A DNA stretch of 64,000 nucleotides from Gonapodya sp. JEL0774. Its lineage: Eukaryota. Under the pieces are notes generated by a model. That model saw nothing but the letters and a program-made list of their open reading frames with translations, was not told the DNA's origin and ran no database searches. Both the position numbers and the translations under genes were made by a program. The stretch lies in assembly GCA_027604505.1 (NCBI GenBank), contig JADIIX010000018.1, forward strand, positions 124,001 through 188,000, in the 5' to 3' direction. Positions 30,672 through 41,736 of this stretch are shown here, piece by piece (within the stretch, counting starts at the first letter, position 1; each line of letters opens with the position of its first letter).

Positions 30672-33600
30672 ATGGACGGGGTGAACAAGGTTGCTGCCAA
30701 AATTCCAGGCGGTTCGTTTTTGCCATTGCTCCCGTCAATCCCGTCAATCCCGTCAATCAAGCTCAGCACGATGCTGGTTCTCCGTTTCAGTTCAATATGT
30801 CGCCAATGCACTTGGCATTCCGCCCGTGGCTGTCGCAGCGGCGGGCGCTGCAGTTATTGGAAGTGTTGCTTACCTCTCGAGGAAGGAGAAGGTGGCCGAA
30901 GTCGCTGGTTTAGATGGCAAATCCTTTGATTGTGGGTGAAATACCGATACTCCGCTCGTTTTACATTACCTCACGGTACTTCCGTTTTACCCTCTTGCTG
31001 TACTTCCAAGTCATTATTGTTGGCGCTGGCAGTGCAGGAAGTGTTTTGGCCTCCCGTCTCTCTGGTGAGCGTCACTTGCTGTCGTCCTAGCCATTTTGCG
31101 CACGTGGGTTCAAAGATACAGTCTCATATACTCACACCAATACATATCACTACAGAGAACCCAAACATTTCAGTGCTTCTTCTGGAAGCTGGAAGAGATA
31201 ATACTCACTTCAACGTTCAGCGAATGCTTGGTTACTTTGATCTGCAGGCAAGTATCGCAGTTACCGAATGTCCCTCTACACACTGACCATTCTCATCCGC
31301 ATTAATCTTTATAGCTGAGCGAATTCGACTGGCAGTTCAAGAGCACACCGCAGCCAAACACCTATGGTCGTGTGCATTTCTGGGTGAGCTCCGTGGTCTT
31401 GTGGAAGAAGTGGGGGAAACCAAACCTTACGCTTTATCTGTTCCGTGCTCTGTCTAGCCACGAGGACGCGTGAGTCACGATCAAGATTCTAGGGGGAAAC
31501 GTGCGTATCTGATTCCTCATGGCACACCAGACTCTGGGCGGGTGCTCGTCCATTAATGCCTGCTTCTACGTACGCTGCTCGCCAGAGGGTAAGCTGTTGT
31601 CTCTTCTGAGTACAATTTCTGGTGATAATAAGCGTCTCAAGCCAATGTCTCGTTTGTATCATTGCATAATTGGTGATTCTGAAATCGTGTGGGCACAAAC
31701 CAAGATTACAACGAATGGGCGAACAAACATGGTTGTGTGGGATGGGATTACAAAACTCTTCTCCCGTATTTTGCCAAGTCTGAACAGCTCACCACTGTTG
31801 ATGGCAGGGTGGTATCCCTTCCAGAGCACGGCACAAAAGGACCTTTAAACGTGACCTACCACACTGACAACGATGTGCACCCTTATTCTAAACATATAAG
31901 GGACAGTTTTGTCAACACTGGACTTGTCAAGAAGACAGACGACTACAATGGGAAGGAACAGCGTGGAGTCGGATACATTCAACACACGGTCGGATCAGAC
32001 GGTTTTCGAACGGACGCCTACACCTCTTGGATCATCAAAACCAGTGCCGAAAAGCGCAAGAACCTTACGATCGCGACACTCTCACAAGTGACCAAGGTTC
32101 TGTTCGACCACAACAAGCGGGCGATCGGTGTCCAGTTTCGACACGGGAAAAACGTAGATGAACTGCGGAAGGCGAAAGATCAGGCGGTGTACGCGCGGAA
32201 AGAAGTCATCTTATCTGGCGGCGCCGTGTGCTCTCCGTGGATCTTGATGAATTCAGGAATCGGACCCGCTGCTCACCTCCGACAAGTAGGAATACAGCCA
32301 CTTGTTGACAACAGTGCCGTCGGTGCCAATTTGAAAGGTAGCGTCCCCCTTTGTTTTGACACTTCACCTTTTAATTAACACCTACGTTGTGCCAGACCGT
32401 AAGCACGTGCATCAGCGGCTCCGTGGACTCCTGCGGTAACTTTTCATCTTGTCTCATCTTGTGCGCAGACATGTTTCTCCTTCAATCTTTCGAGACGAAG
32501 GAAAGAGGTCCATTAGCCACCGCCGAGTTTAGCATAGACACCATTGGGACTGTCCTGAATGCGTTGATTTTCCGCAGGGGATTACTCAGGACTCTCGGAG
32601 TGAGTAAAGTTGAGATCAAGCGTCCCTTGTCATGCCTCATGCTGGCACTGCCGTCGCATTCCTACTGATTATAGCTGGAGACGATGGTCTTTATGGATAG
32701 TGGAGTGAGTAACAACGAACTACGGGAACGTATCGCCCCCTCTCTAACCGCAGGGGCTTCTTTGCTCCAGGTTGATGCCAAGAAAACTAAAGCTGATCTC
32801 CAGTTCCATTCCGCCCCGACATTCTTCGCGTAAGCATAAAAATGAAACCATTGTTAATTCGCACATTCAGTCGTCTTTTTCTGTGAAGCGGCAACCCTAC
32901 ATTTCTGGGTAATGTATTGAAGCCACTTAACCTCACCTCGGTGGATCCCGAGGGCAAAGTTGTACATGCGTACACATTGCTTCCAACTTTGCTCAATCCC
33001 AAGAGTGTTGGATTTGTGGCACTCAAAAGTGCGGATCCTTTTGAGTACCCAGTGGTGGAGGTAAGGCAAGGATACGTTCTATGTGCCCTCGACAGTACAC
33101 CTTACAGCTTGTTCCACAACCTCAAGCCCAATTATCTTTCACACCCCGATGATCTGAAAGTACTTATAAATGGTTTGAAAATTGGTCGAAAGTGCGCGTT
33201 TTCGGAGAATATCTTCGGGTGTCCAGGTGCTAAGTGTTGTCTTCTGCTCGCTCGCACAGAGTCGCCGCAACCGAACCTTTGAAATCTCTCACGAAGCGTG
33301 AGGTTCCAGTGAGTGCTGTATTCATTGGGAGATAGAGACCACGTCTGACTCCGTGACATCAGGATGCCAACGTGAAAGCAGATCCGAGCGATGAGGAAGC
33401 GTACTTGGAGGAAGTTGTGAGGAGAAATGTAGGTCATGTTGTCGAAGATGTCATTCCATGGTATCCTGACCATTGTTAACAACAACAGGCGGTGACTGTC
33501 TACCACCCGAGTCAGTTTCCATTTTTGACTCTTTCATTCTCGGCGCATTACTGATATGACCAATGTCGCCAGCTTCTTCCTGCAGGATGGGTCCTGATGG

Positions 33601-33875
33601 AGATCCCAATTCCGTTGTAGACCTTCGTTGCAGAGTGAAAGGAGTGACGGGACTGCGGATTGTTGACGCTAGCATATTCCCAGACATTGTGGGTTGCCTT
33701 GTGGTGTGTCGTTCCGATGATTTCGCGTTCGCGGACCCTCTTGTCCTTGGCCCTCACCTCTCGGTACAATTTCACAACTGTTCTTCAGGTGATGGGCAAC
33801 ACCAACGCCCCCACGTATGTGGTCGCGGAGCGCGCTGCCGATTTGATCAAAGAGGACTACAAACTGGGGCTGTAA
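30672..33875 (+). CDS. GMC oxidoreductase (choline/alcohol dehydrogenase-like), many short exons
   Basis: [90 protein letters not shown]. Confidence 0.95.
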
Positions 33876-34237
33876 GAAGGTCGGCAGAACGTTGAGTTTT
33901 TGGTCCAATTTTGAACACGGAAACAGTGATGTACAATTCTTCAAATGAGTGACTCTCTTGGAGTAATAATGTGGATGCTTAAGTACAATTACATTGCGTC
34001 CCTTGATACATACATATGGATGCCATCAATCTTCGCTGATCCAGGTATGTTCACTTTGGGCGTTGTAGCACTACAGACACGATCTGCACCACGTGGATAT
34101 GGGTTGTGACGGGCTGCTCACCTTCGCATTCGAAACCGTCCAACAAATGGGGCAAAGTACCCACCGGGCCACTCGCCCACTATAAAACGAGACTGAGAGA
34201 GATGAGGACAAGATAGGAGGGTAAGAGCTCTCCGAAT

Positions 34238-35942
34238 TTATTCGACGATAATCAGCTCCTCTGTTCGCCCAACGTCATACACGTCCTTGTACCGTTCATA
34301 CAATCTTCGCAGGGCACATATATACTGTTTATGCCAATAATCCACGTCAGTGACGGTGGGGTTCGCAATGTGCGGATTGTCGAGAGGCGACCCAACCACT
34401 GAGGAACAGCGATCAGCGAGTTGCTCAGAGACGGAACATAAGTAACAATGAGCAACAAAAATGGAACTCACCTACTACAACACCGCCTATCCTCGGCACA
34501 GGCAGTCCCCACCTACCCCAAAACAGTAAGGGGGTCCAACCAAGATAATGTTTTGCTACGTCCTGGAGATACCTCAATGCGGGGTGAGCCACTTGGCTGA
34601 ACAGATCGTTTTCTCCAAAAGCATATACTGGGATAAGTCGACTTCCCGTTTCTAGAGCGACCCGAATAAAGCCCTTTCGGCGATTGAGGACCAATCGGTT
34701 GGTTCTTGGAATCGCATAGAGCGCTTCTTGAGCGCCGCCCACGACAATAGCTACTGCATGACCGTGTCTGTGGGGATTTCGCGGTACATCCACAGTAGAA
34801 CGGACTTGAAAACCAGTGGCAGGCGGCTCTGAGGTGGCGTTGGGGTAAGTATCGGGTGGTTGCGGAGCATTGCCAGACGACATAAGAGTGTCTCCCCGCG
34901 CTTCATCACAAACATCACAAGGAACACTACTATCGAGAGCAGCAGACGTTCCAATTTTGGGAGCGAGGATTTCGCACGATGCTATCTCCGCGATTTCCTC
35001 CTCCCTGCTTTGTCTTCGAAACCAAGAGAGGAGGGCACGTGGATTTGCTCCACAAGTGCTTTGTTCCACCGAATCTTGTTCACCCAACAACCACCATTTC
35101 AAGCTCTTCTTGTCTGCCCCAATGAACCCGCGCCCCAAGAGGTATTCTCGGCCGACAGGGATGAAAAAGTTGGAAGATAATGTTGCGACACGCAGTTGAA
35201 TTCCAGGGAACAACGAGGAGAAGCGAGACGCACGGTCCGAGGTGAAGCATACCCAGAAGGAGGTTCCTAGAATGCCGTGAGGGTGACAGGCAAACTTCGA
35301 GCAATGGGAAACGGTTAGAGGAACGAAACAGCGATTGGGAGTTCAGAGTCACTTGGAGTTGCTATTCACCAAATATCGATCTCGGGGGTCCAATTCCGGT
35401 CCATCTCGTACAATTCTCATTGGAAAAGCTTCCACAAGTGCGTCGTAAAGCCAGTTATTCCTCAGCCACTGAACAGGGCGGCCCCCTCTCCATGGACTTC
35501 TGTCAAATAGCACGATCCAAGCGGTATATGCTGCTGCCAAAGGTGATGTCCATTTGTGCTTCCAGAGGATATGATACAATTTTAGGGAGACTGGGAGCAG
35601 GAAGAGTATTTGAGAGGAGAGTACAACAAGAAGGGCTTTCAGGTGGGACTCAAAAATATATCGCATCAGCGGTATCGCCAGCTTCACGAGGGGACGGAGG
35701 GGGAAAAAGAGCGGCGAGATGGCTGAAAGGAGGGCGGAGGTCACCGTGGGGAGGACTGCCGACAATCGGCTCCGATTCTGACTCGCAGTAGACCGTCGCC
35801 GCCGGCCATCATGCGTAGCTGCTGCTGGTCGCACTGGCGGAGGCGATGGCGGGCGAGAAGAGTCGTTTCGCGGTGTATAATCGACATAGTCGAGTAGGAC
35901 TTCCCGGCAATTATCCTCTGGCTCAATCGTGAGCGTGCTCAT
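34238..35942 (-). CDS. DGA1: Diacylglycerol O-acyltransferase type 2 (DGAT2/MOGAT family)
   Basis: FACHPHG, VVGGAQEAL, LNRRKGFIRVALETGSRLIPVYAFGENDLF, VGSPL, YICALRRLYE. Confidence 0.88.
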
Positions 35943-36414
35943 TTTCTCAGAGGCGGACGGAAGTTCAAGTCAAGATCATTGAAGGACTAATCACATTTTC
36001 GAAAGTGATCGCAAATTCGTTGGTTAACCCCAAAGACTTTGCTTTGTAAGAAATGTCTCCCGTCAACGGGATGGTATTGCATATATATAATCGTATTATC
36101 GTATTTCGCTTTCAGGAACGAAAATACTAGAGCACGTGGTCCTTGTTTTCTTGATTCATTTTCACGCCTCCTTTTCATTCTGCCTTTGCCCCGTGTCGGG
36201 TGGTTGGAAATAATTTGAGAATAAGCCATGATGTATCAATGTAGGAGCTGGCACAAACATATTGTCTTTGCATCAATGGCTGTGTTGAGGCGGAACATGG
36301 CCACTGTCAAAATGCGAGGACACGGCAGGACACGGCTCCACGCGCCGGCGGGGCACTCGCCAACTTCGGCAGACAGATATACCGCGAACAACAAGATCTG
36401 CACCAAATCCAAAG

Positions 36415-37420
36415 ATGCATTTCACCGTGAAAAACATTGGCTTGGAAGACGTGAAAGCTCGGGAAGCATCAGTAGAATGCCTGGATGATGGGTTCGGCAA
36501 AGGTGCGCACATCGCTTTGTTCCCTGGTCACGGGCGGAATTGACACACAGGTTCGCGTACGTTCTGAAATCTTAAAGATTTACTCACGCAGTACTTTGCC
36601 AGTTTGATGCCGGCCGATCCCAAGTTTCGTACTTACATGAGGCTTCGCAAGTACGCAAGTCACCCTCCGAAAAGAGGTCCTGCCCCATCAACCTTTTCGT
36701 CTTAAATCGTAGCTGGCGATCGTGGCTTTCAGAAACTCCTCGATTTCCTAACACTGTGTGGGTGGCCAGTCCGAGCAACTCAACCTCCATCCCAGGCTCG
36801 CACGAGTCAACCGTGTCGAGCGTGGCCATTTGGTACCCACCAGAGGTACCTCAAGAGAAGATTACGGGTACCTGGTGGTGGTTCTTGCGTTGGAGGGTCA
36901 TGGGGTTGGTGTATACCTTTTTGAAGAGTGGGCGTCGTCGCGTTGGGTTGCTGCCTTGGAGTTATTCGAATTGCTTTGACGCCGTCCCCCAACATCAATT
37001 TCTCCCAGCCTTCTCTCTCCACCACATCCTCCTCCTCAACCGCGCACGAACCCGCATCGTCTCCCAAATGGGCCCTACTCACGGGAAGATCATGGGCGAC
37101 CGACCGCACTTTTACCTTCACTTTCTCTCCACGTTCACCAAATGGCGCGGCAAAGGGTCCGCGTCTGCTGTACTGCAACCCGTACTGAAACAAGCGGATG
37201 AGAGGGGACTCGAATGTTACTTGGAAGCCGCGAATCCGGGCCTGGTGCCCTTTTACGAAAAGTTGGGGTTCCAAGAGCGTGGTCAGATAGATGTGAAAGG
37301 TGAGTTTGGCTGATGTGAGTTCGTTGGTCCCGTACGGTTGCGACTTGTTGGTGCTCTTTGGCAGGCGACGGGTCCATTATCTTTATACCGATGGTGCGAC
37401 CACCAAAAAAGTCTACATGA
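36415..37420 (+). CDS. GNAT-family N-acetyltransferase, copy 1
   Basis: MHFTVKNIG.., SVAIW, PHFYLHFLSTFTKWRGKGSASAVL, ADERGLECYLEAANPGLVPFYEKLGF. Confidence 0.88.
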
Positions 37421-37685
37421 GTCTGTGAACAAAGAATATGGTGCATGCTGTTTGCGTTAGTTGATCCAAGCTATGAATGTTTTCGACTTCGTAACGATGA
37501 TGAGAGCTTCTGAATCCGGGGATGAAATCGACAAAGGCAGGTGTAGACAACAGCGACACCAAGGGTGAACTGTTATGTATGGCGCTAAAAGATGTGCATA
37601 ATTGCGTATGAAGAGTCTGTTATAGCCAGCCATGCGGCATGCCCCAAAATCGCTAGAGCAAGTGTTTGTGGGATTGGAATATCTG

Positions 37686-38166
37686 TCACAGCATCAATCT
37701 TCTTTGAATCCATTTTGATACAACCATCATTTGTGATAACATGATTAGTCGTGAAGTCTCAGCTTGGCAAATCGAACGTTTTGCACCTTTGATCTTCAAG
37801 TTTGCTTCTTGCAAACGGCAGATCACTTCATCGATATGTTTCAGATGATCATCAAATCTCTTTGAGAATGTCAAAATATCATCAAAATACACGAGAGTAA
37901 ACTCCCATGAAGATACGTCACGGTAGCACTGCATCCACCAAACGTTGAATGGTTGCAGGTACGTTCATTACCCAAATAACATGTGCCGGAACTGCAGGTG
38001 AACTGTTAACTGCGAAACGCAGTCTTTCTATGATTTTCTTCAGCACTTTCTTCCAATACCCCCATGTTATGTCGAGCGCCGAAAAGTAACCAGGTTCATC
38101 GACAACACTAAGAGCGTCTCGATTGCGACGTCGCAATTCTTTCAAACAACCAAGTTTCTTTGTCAT
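37686..38166 (-). mobile_element. Degenerate Ty3/gypsy-like reverse transcriptase fragment
   Basis: YFSALDITWGYW, MNVPATIQRLVD, LVYFDDILTFSKRFDDHLKHIDEVICRLQEANLKIK; frameshifted, no LTRs seen. Confidence 0.85.
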
Positions 38167-38573
38167 CTAGAACCGTTTTATAGACAAGTTGAGACCTGGG
38201 ATACCCGCTATATAACTGTCTCCCGTCAATTCGTACCATATGTGGCACATATAATCGTACTATTGTATTTCGCTTTCACGAACCAAACCACCAGAGCATG
38301 TAGTAGTCCTTTATCTTATATCATTGTCCACGCCTCCTTTTCATTCTGCCATGTCCCTTGTCGTGTGGTTAGAAACCGTTTGAGAATGAGCCATGATTAC
38401 CGATGTAGGAATTGATACAAACATATTGTCTTTGCATCACAAGATGGCTGTGTTGACGCGGAACATCGCCGCCGTCGCAATGCGAGGACACGGCTCGGCT
38501 CTGCGAACCCTCGCGCCCCCCGCACTCCCCGCCAACTTCGGCACACACACCAAGATCTGCACCAAATCCAGCG

Positions 38574-39591
38574 ATGCAGTTCACTGTGAAGAACATTGGC
38601 TTAGGAGACGTAAAGGTTCTGGAAGCATCAGCAGAATGCCTCAACGATGGGTTCGGCAATGGTAAGCGAATCCCTTTATTCCTCCGTCACAGACAGAATT
38701 GACACACAGGTTCGCGTACGTTCCGCAAAACTTTTAGTTTTACTCTCGCAGTACTATACCAGTTTGATGCCGGCCGACCCCAAGTTTCGTAGCTACATGA
38801 AGCTTCGCAAGTATGCGGAACTCATCCTTCCAATGGAGATCCTGCCCCATAAATCTTCTCGTATTGAATCATAGCTGGCGATCGTGGCTTGCAGAAACTC
38901 CTCGATTTCCTAACACTGTGTGGGTAGCAAGTCCTGGCGTCCCCGACAAATCAACCTCGAGCCCAGGCTCGCACGAATCAACCGTGTCGAGCGTGGCCAT
39001 TTGGTTCCCACCAGAGGTACCTCAAGAGAAGATTACGGGTACCTGGTGGTGGTTTTTGCGTTGGAAGTTCTTAGGATGGGTGTACACCTTCCTGAAGAGT
39101 GGGTGTCGTTGCGTTGGGTTGCTCCCTTGAACTCGTTCGAGTTGCTTTGACGCCATCCCCCAACATCAATTTCTCCCAGCCTTCTCTCTCCACCACATCC
39201 TCCTCCTCAACCGGGCACGAACCCACATGTTCTCCCTAGTCGGCCCTGCGCACGGGAAGATCATGGGGGACCGACCACACTTTTACCTTCACTTTCTCTC
39301 CACGTTCACCAAATGGCGTGGTAAAGGGTCCGCGTCTGCTGTGCTGCAACCCGTGCTGAAACAAGCGGATGAGAGGGGACTCGAGTGTTACTTGGAAGCC
39401 GCAAATCCGGGCCTGGTGCCCTTTTACGAAAAGTTGGGGTTCCAAGAGCGCGGTCAGATTGATTTGAAAGGTGAGTTTGGCTGGTGTGAGTTCTTTGGTC
39501 CCGTACGGTTGCGACTTGTTGTTGCTCTTTGGCAGGCGACGGGTCCATCATCTTCGTACCGATGGTGCGACCACCAAAGAAGTCTACATAG
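38574..39591 (+). CDS. GNAT-family N-acetyltransferase, copy 2
   Basis: Same exon structure and motifs as copy 1 (MQFTVKNIG.., RGKGSAS, YLEA, FYEKLGF). Confidence 0.88.
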
Positions 39592-39886
39592 CCTGAAAAC
39601 GAAAATATGGAGCATGCTGTGTTCGGTAGTTGATCCAAGGTCTGAATGTTTGCAACTTGGGTGACCGATTCAGATGCTGAGAGCTTCTGAATCTGGTAGT
39701 AAAATCCAAAAAGGCAGGTGATAAGCCTTAAATTGCTTATAGATGATGGTGCATCGCACCGTGCCTGTCCCACTCCGACCCACAATAAGTGTTCGTAAGA
39801 CCAGACTAGACAATACAAATTCTCAGCGAGCACATAAGGGCGCTTTATTTCTGGCTTCTTATTCACATACAACCACGACCATAACT

Positions 39887-41059
39887 CTACCCTCTGGGCC
39901 TCGGAATTTTGAGCGCCTCGTACAGCCCACTCTTGCCCCCCTTGAGCAGCGCCGCCGTCTGCGACAAGCCTCTCTTTCTCTTCTTCTTCTTGAACTGCGC
40001 GAACCTATCCTCCTCCGCGTCCTTCTTTCCACCCTGTTCTGCGGGCAGCTGCGACGGGTGCTTGAATGGTATCTGGAACCCCGAGAGCAGGAGCACGGCC
40101 TCTTCGGGCGTGCGCGCGGTGGTTGAGAATTGAATTTGTACGTCGTAGAGGCGGGGGAACTGGTCAAAGTAAGGTTCAATGTCCGGGAACAGGCCGACGG
40201 CCTGGGAGGGTAAGGTGACCGTCGTGGATCCCGAACTGAACCCATCGCCCTGCGCAGGCCATCCCTCCCACTCCCGCATGCGGGGCAGCACGCACTCCAC
40301 GCATCTCTCCAAGAAGGAGTACATGAGATCGCCTTCCAGGACCACCTGGGCGCCGACAGCCTGGCCCTTGCGGAGCCGGGTCTCCGAGTCAGACCATGTG
40401 GCAAAGGTGGGCACGGGGCGGAGCCCCGAGATGCATTGGAGCTGCATCATGGCGACCAAGATGACGTTTTTGTTTTGGTGGGAGTTGTGCGGAGTGCAGC
40501 GGAGGGTGATGGAGGTGAGTTCGGGGAGCTTCGACGGGTCGAAGGAGGCGGGTTTGGGCGGCGAGTGGTGGTGGGCACGCGTTCGCCGGGTTGTGGTGTA
40601 GTCGATGGGGTTCTGTACGTGGGTGGGGAGGAGAGGTCTCGGTGGCTTGGGTGGTGGGGGCAGCGGGCTGGAAAACACGGCCGTAAGGAGGTTTTCTGGC
40701 AGAGGGCGTGCGGGGAAGGGGGTGGCGGTAGGATGGTGTTCGTACGTGAGGTACAGGAGATCCTGTTGCAGGACCGAGGTGAAGTGCGTGTAGTATCGTG
40801 AGCGCGGGGAAATTGCGGATTTGGACGGCGGGACCACGAAGAGTTGGGCGGTCGGAGTCGCGTCGAGCAGGGATTTTGCTCGAGGAGGAACGGGGACAGC
40901 GGGAGTCGAAGCATCGTCCGGGATCGTTTCTGGGGACCCGTCCGACGTCACCGAAGCCATCGTCCTCCGCGCTCCTGCTCCTGCTGCCGTTGCGGCTCCC
41001 ACGCTCAGCGTAGAAAACGCCAAACGGGAAGCCACGGGCGATGCTTTGCGGGTAAGCAT
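39887..41059 (-). CDS. MRPL7: Mitochondrial ribosomal protein uL5m, intronless
   Basis: Arg/Ser/Ala-rich presequence, DLLYLTYEH, LQCISGLRP, LRKGQAVGAQVVLEGDLMYSFLE, FPDIE, LLLSGFQIPF. Confidence 0.9.
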   Translation of the reverse strand: MLTRKASPVASRLAFSTLSVGAATAAGAGARRTMASVTSDGSPETIPDDASTPAVPVPPRAKSLLDATPTAQLFVVPPSKSAISPRSRYYTHFTSVLQQDLLYLTYEHHPTATPFPARPLPENLLTAVFSSPLPPPPKPPRPLLPTHVQNPIDYTTTRRTRAHHHSPPKPASFDPSKLPELTSITLRCTPHNSHQNKNVILVAMMQLQCISGLRPVPTFATWSDSETRLRKGQAVGAQVVLEGDLMYSFLERCVECVLPRMREWEGWPAQGDGFSSGSTTVTLPSQAVGLFPDIEPYFDQFPRLYDVQIQFSTTARTPEEAVLLLSGFQIPFKHPSQLPAEQGGKKDAEEDRFAQFKKKKRKRGLSQTAALLKGGKSGLYEALKIPRPRG

Positions 41060-41736
41060 CAGTCGGTGTTGACGATGAAAGGAAGGGGAAACTGACTCAA
41101 GTGCACACCCGTCACCAGTAGAATTTTGGACAGACCATAAATCAACAGCCGGGACAACGATTCCGTCTCAAAGCTGCTCATAGAAAAATATTGACAAGCT
41201 AATAAGCACTTCACGTAGCTTATCTGTTCTAAGATATTATGCATGCAACCATGAACTAATTGCCCTTCTGCAACACCGCTCACTGACTCTGAGGGGGTGA
41301 AATATTTTCCAGGTAGTCACCTTGGAGTTGAAGTCGCGCCATTCCCGGTTGCGACTTCCGCCCGGCTTCTTCCCTATACACTCATGAATCCTGGTTTGAT
41401 TCAGAGTTGTAACACCCAGCCACTGAACGCAGACTACTACCCCACATGTACTCCTCGCACAACTTCCTGGTATATGGAACTGTGTCGTACGTTGTCGTTT
41501 AAAGGAAAGTGAAGATAATATCTGGTACTGCATTATCTGGCAGGAAATGCTGTGGCCTCGCCCGGCTCCAAGCGCACCCACTCGAGCGGTGATATTTGAA
41601 CAGCAGAGACAGCAGGAAACAGAATCACGTGAAATCTCTCAACCACGTGAATTTCTCACGCGTTTGCCGCGTCCAATTCTCACGGTTCAGCGGGGACTGA
41701 CGGCTTCTGCCAAAAGACTGCACACACTCCACTGCA

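Larger units (their letters stand above)
36054..39720. repeat. Recent tandem segmental duplication, about 1.5-kb units (about 36054-37543 and 38217-39720)
   Basis: Colinear high similarity from tgtctcccgtcaa through aaaggcaggtg, including promoter, introns and 3' flank. Confidence 0.92.

Noticed and set aside
30730..30758. cccgtcaat x3 microrepeat
   Set aside because: Simple slippage repeat encoding PSIPSIPSI near the GMC N-terminus; no further significance visible.
30672..39591. GMC + DGAT2 + GNAT as a metabolic gene cluster
   Set aside because: No backbone enzyme, transporter or shared promoter motif seen; adjacency is explainable by gene density.
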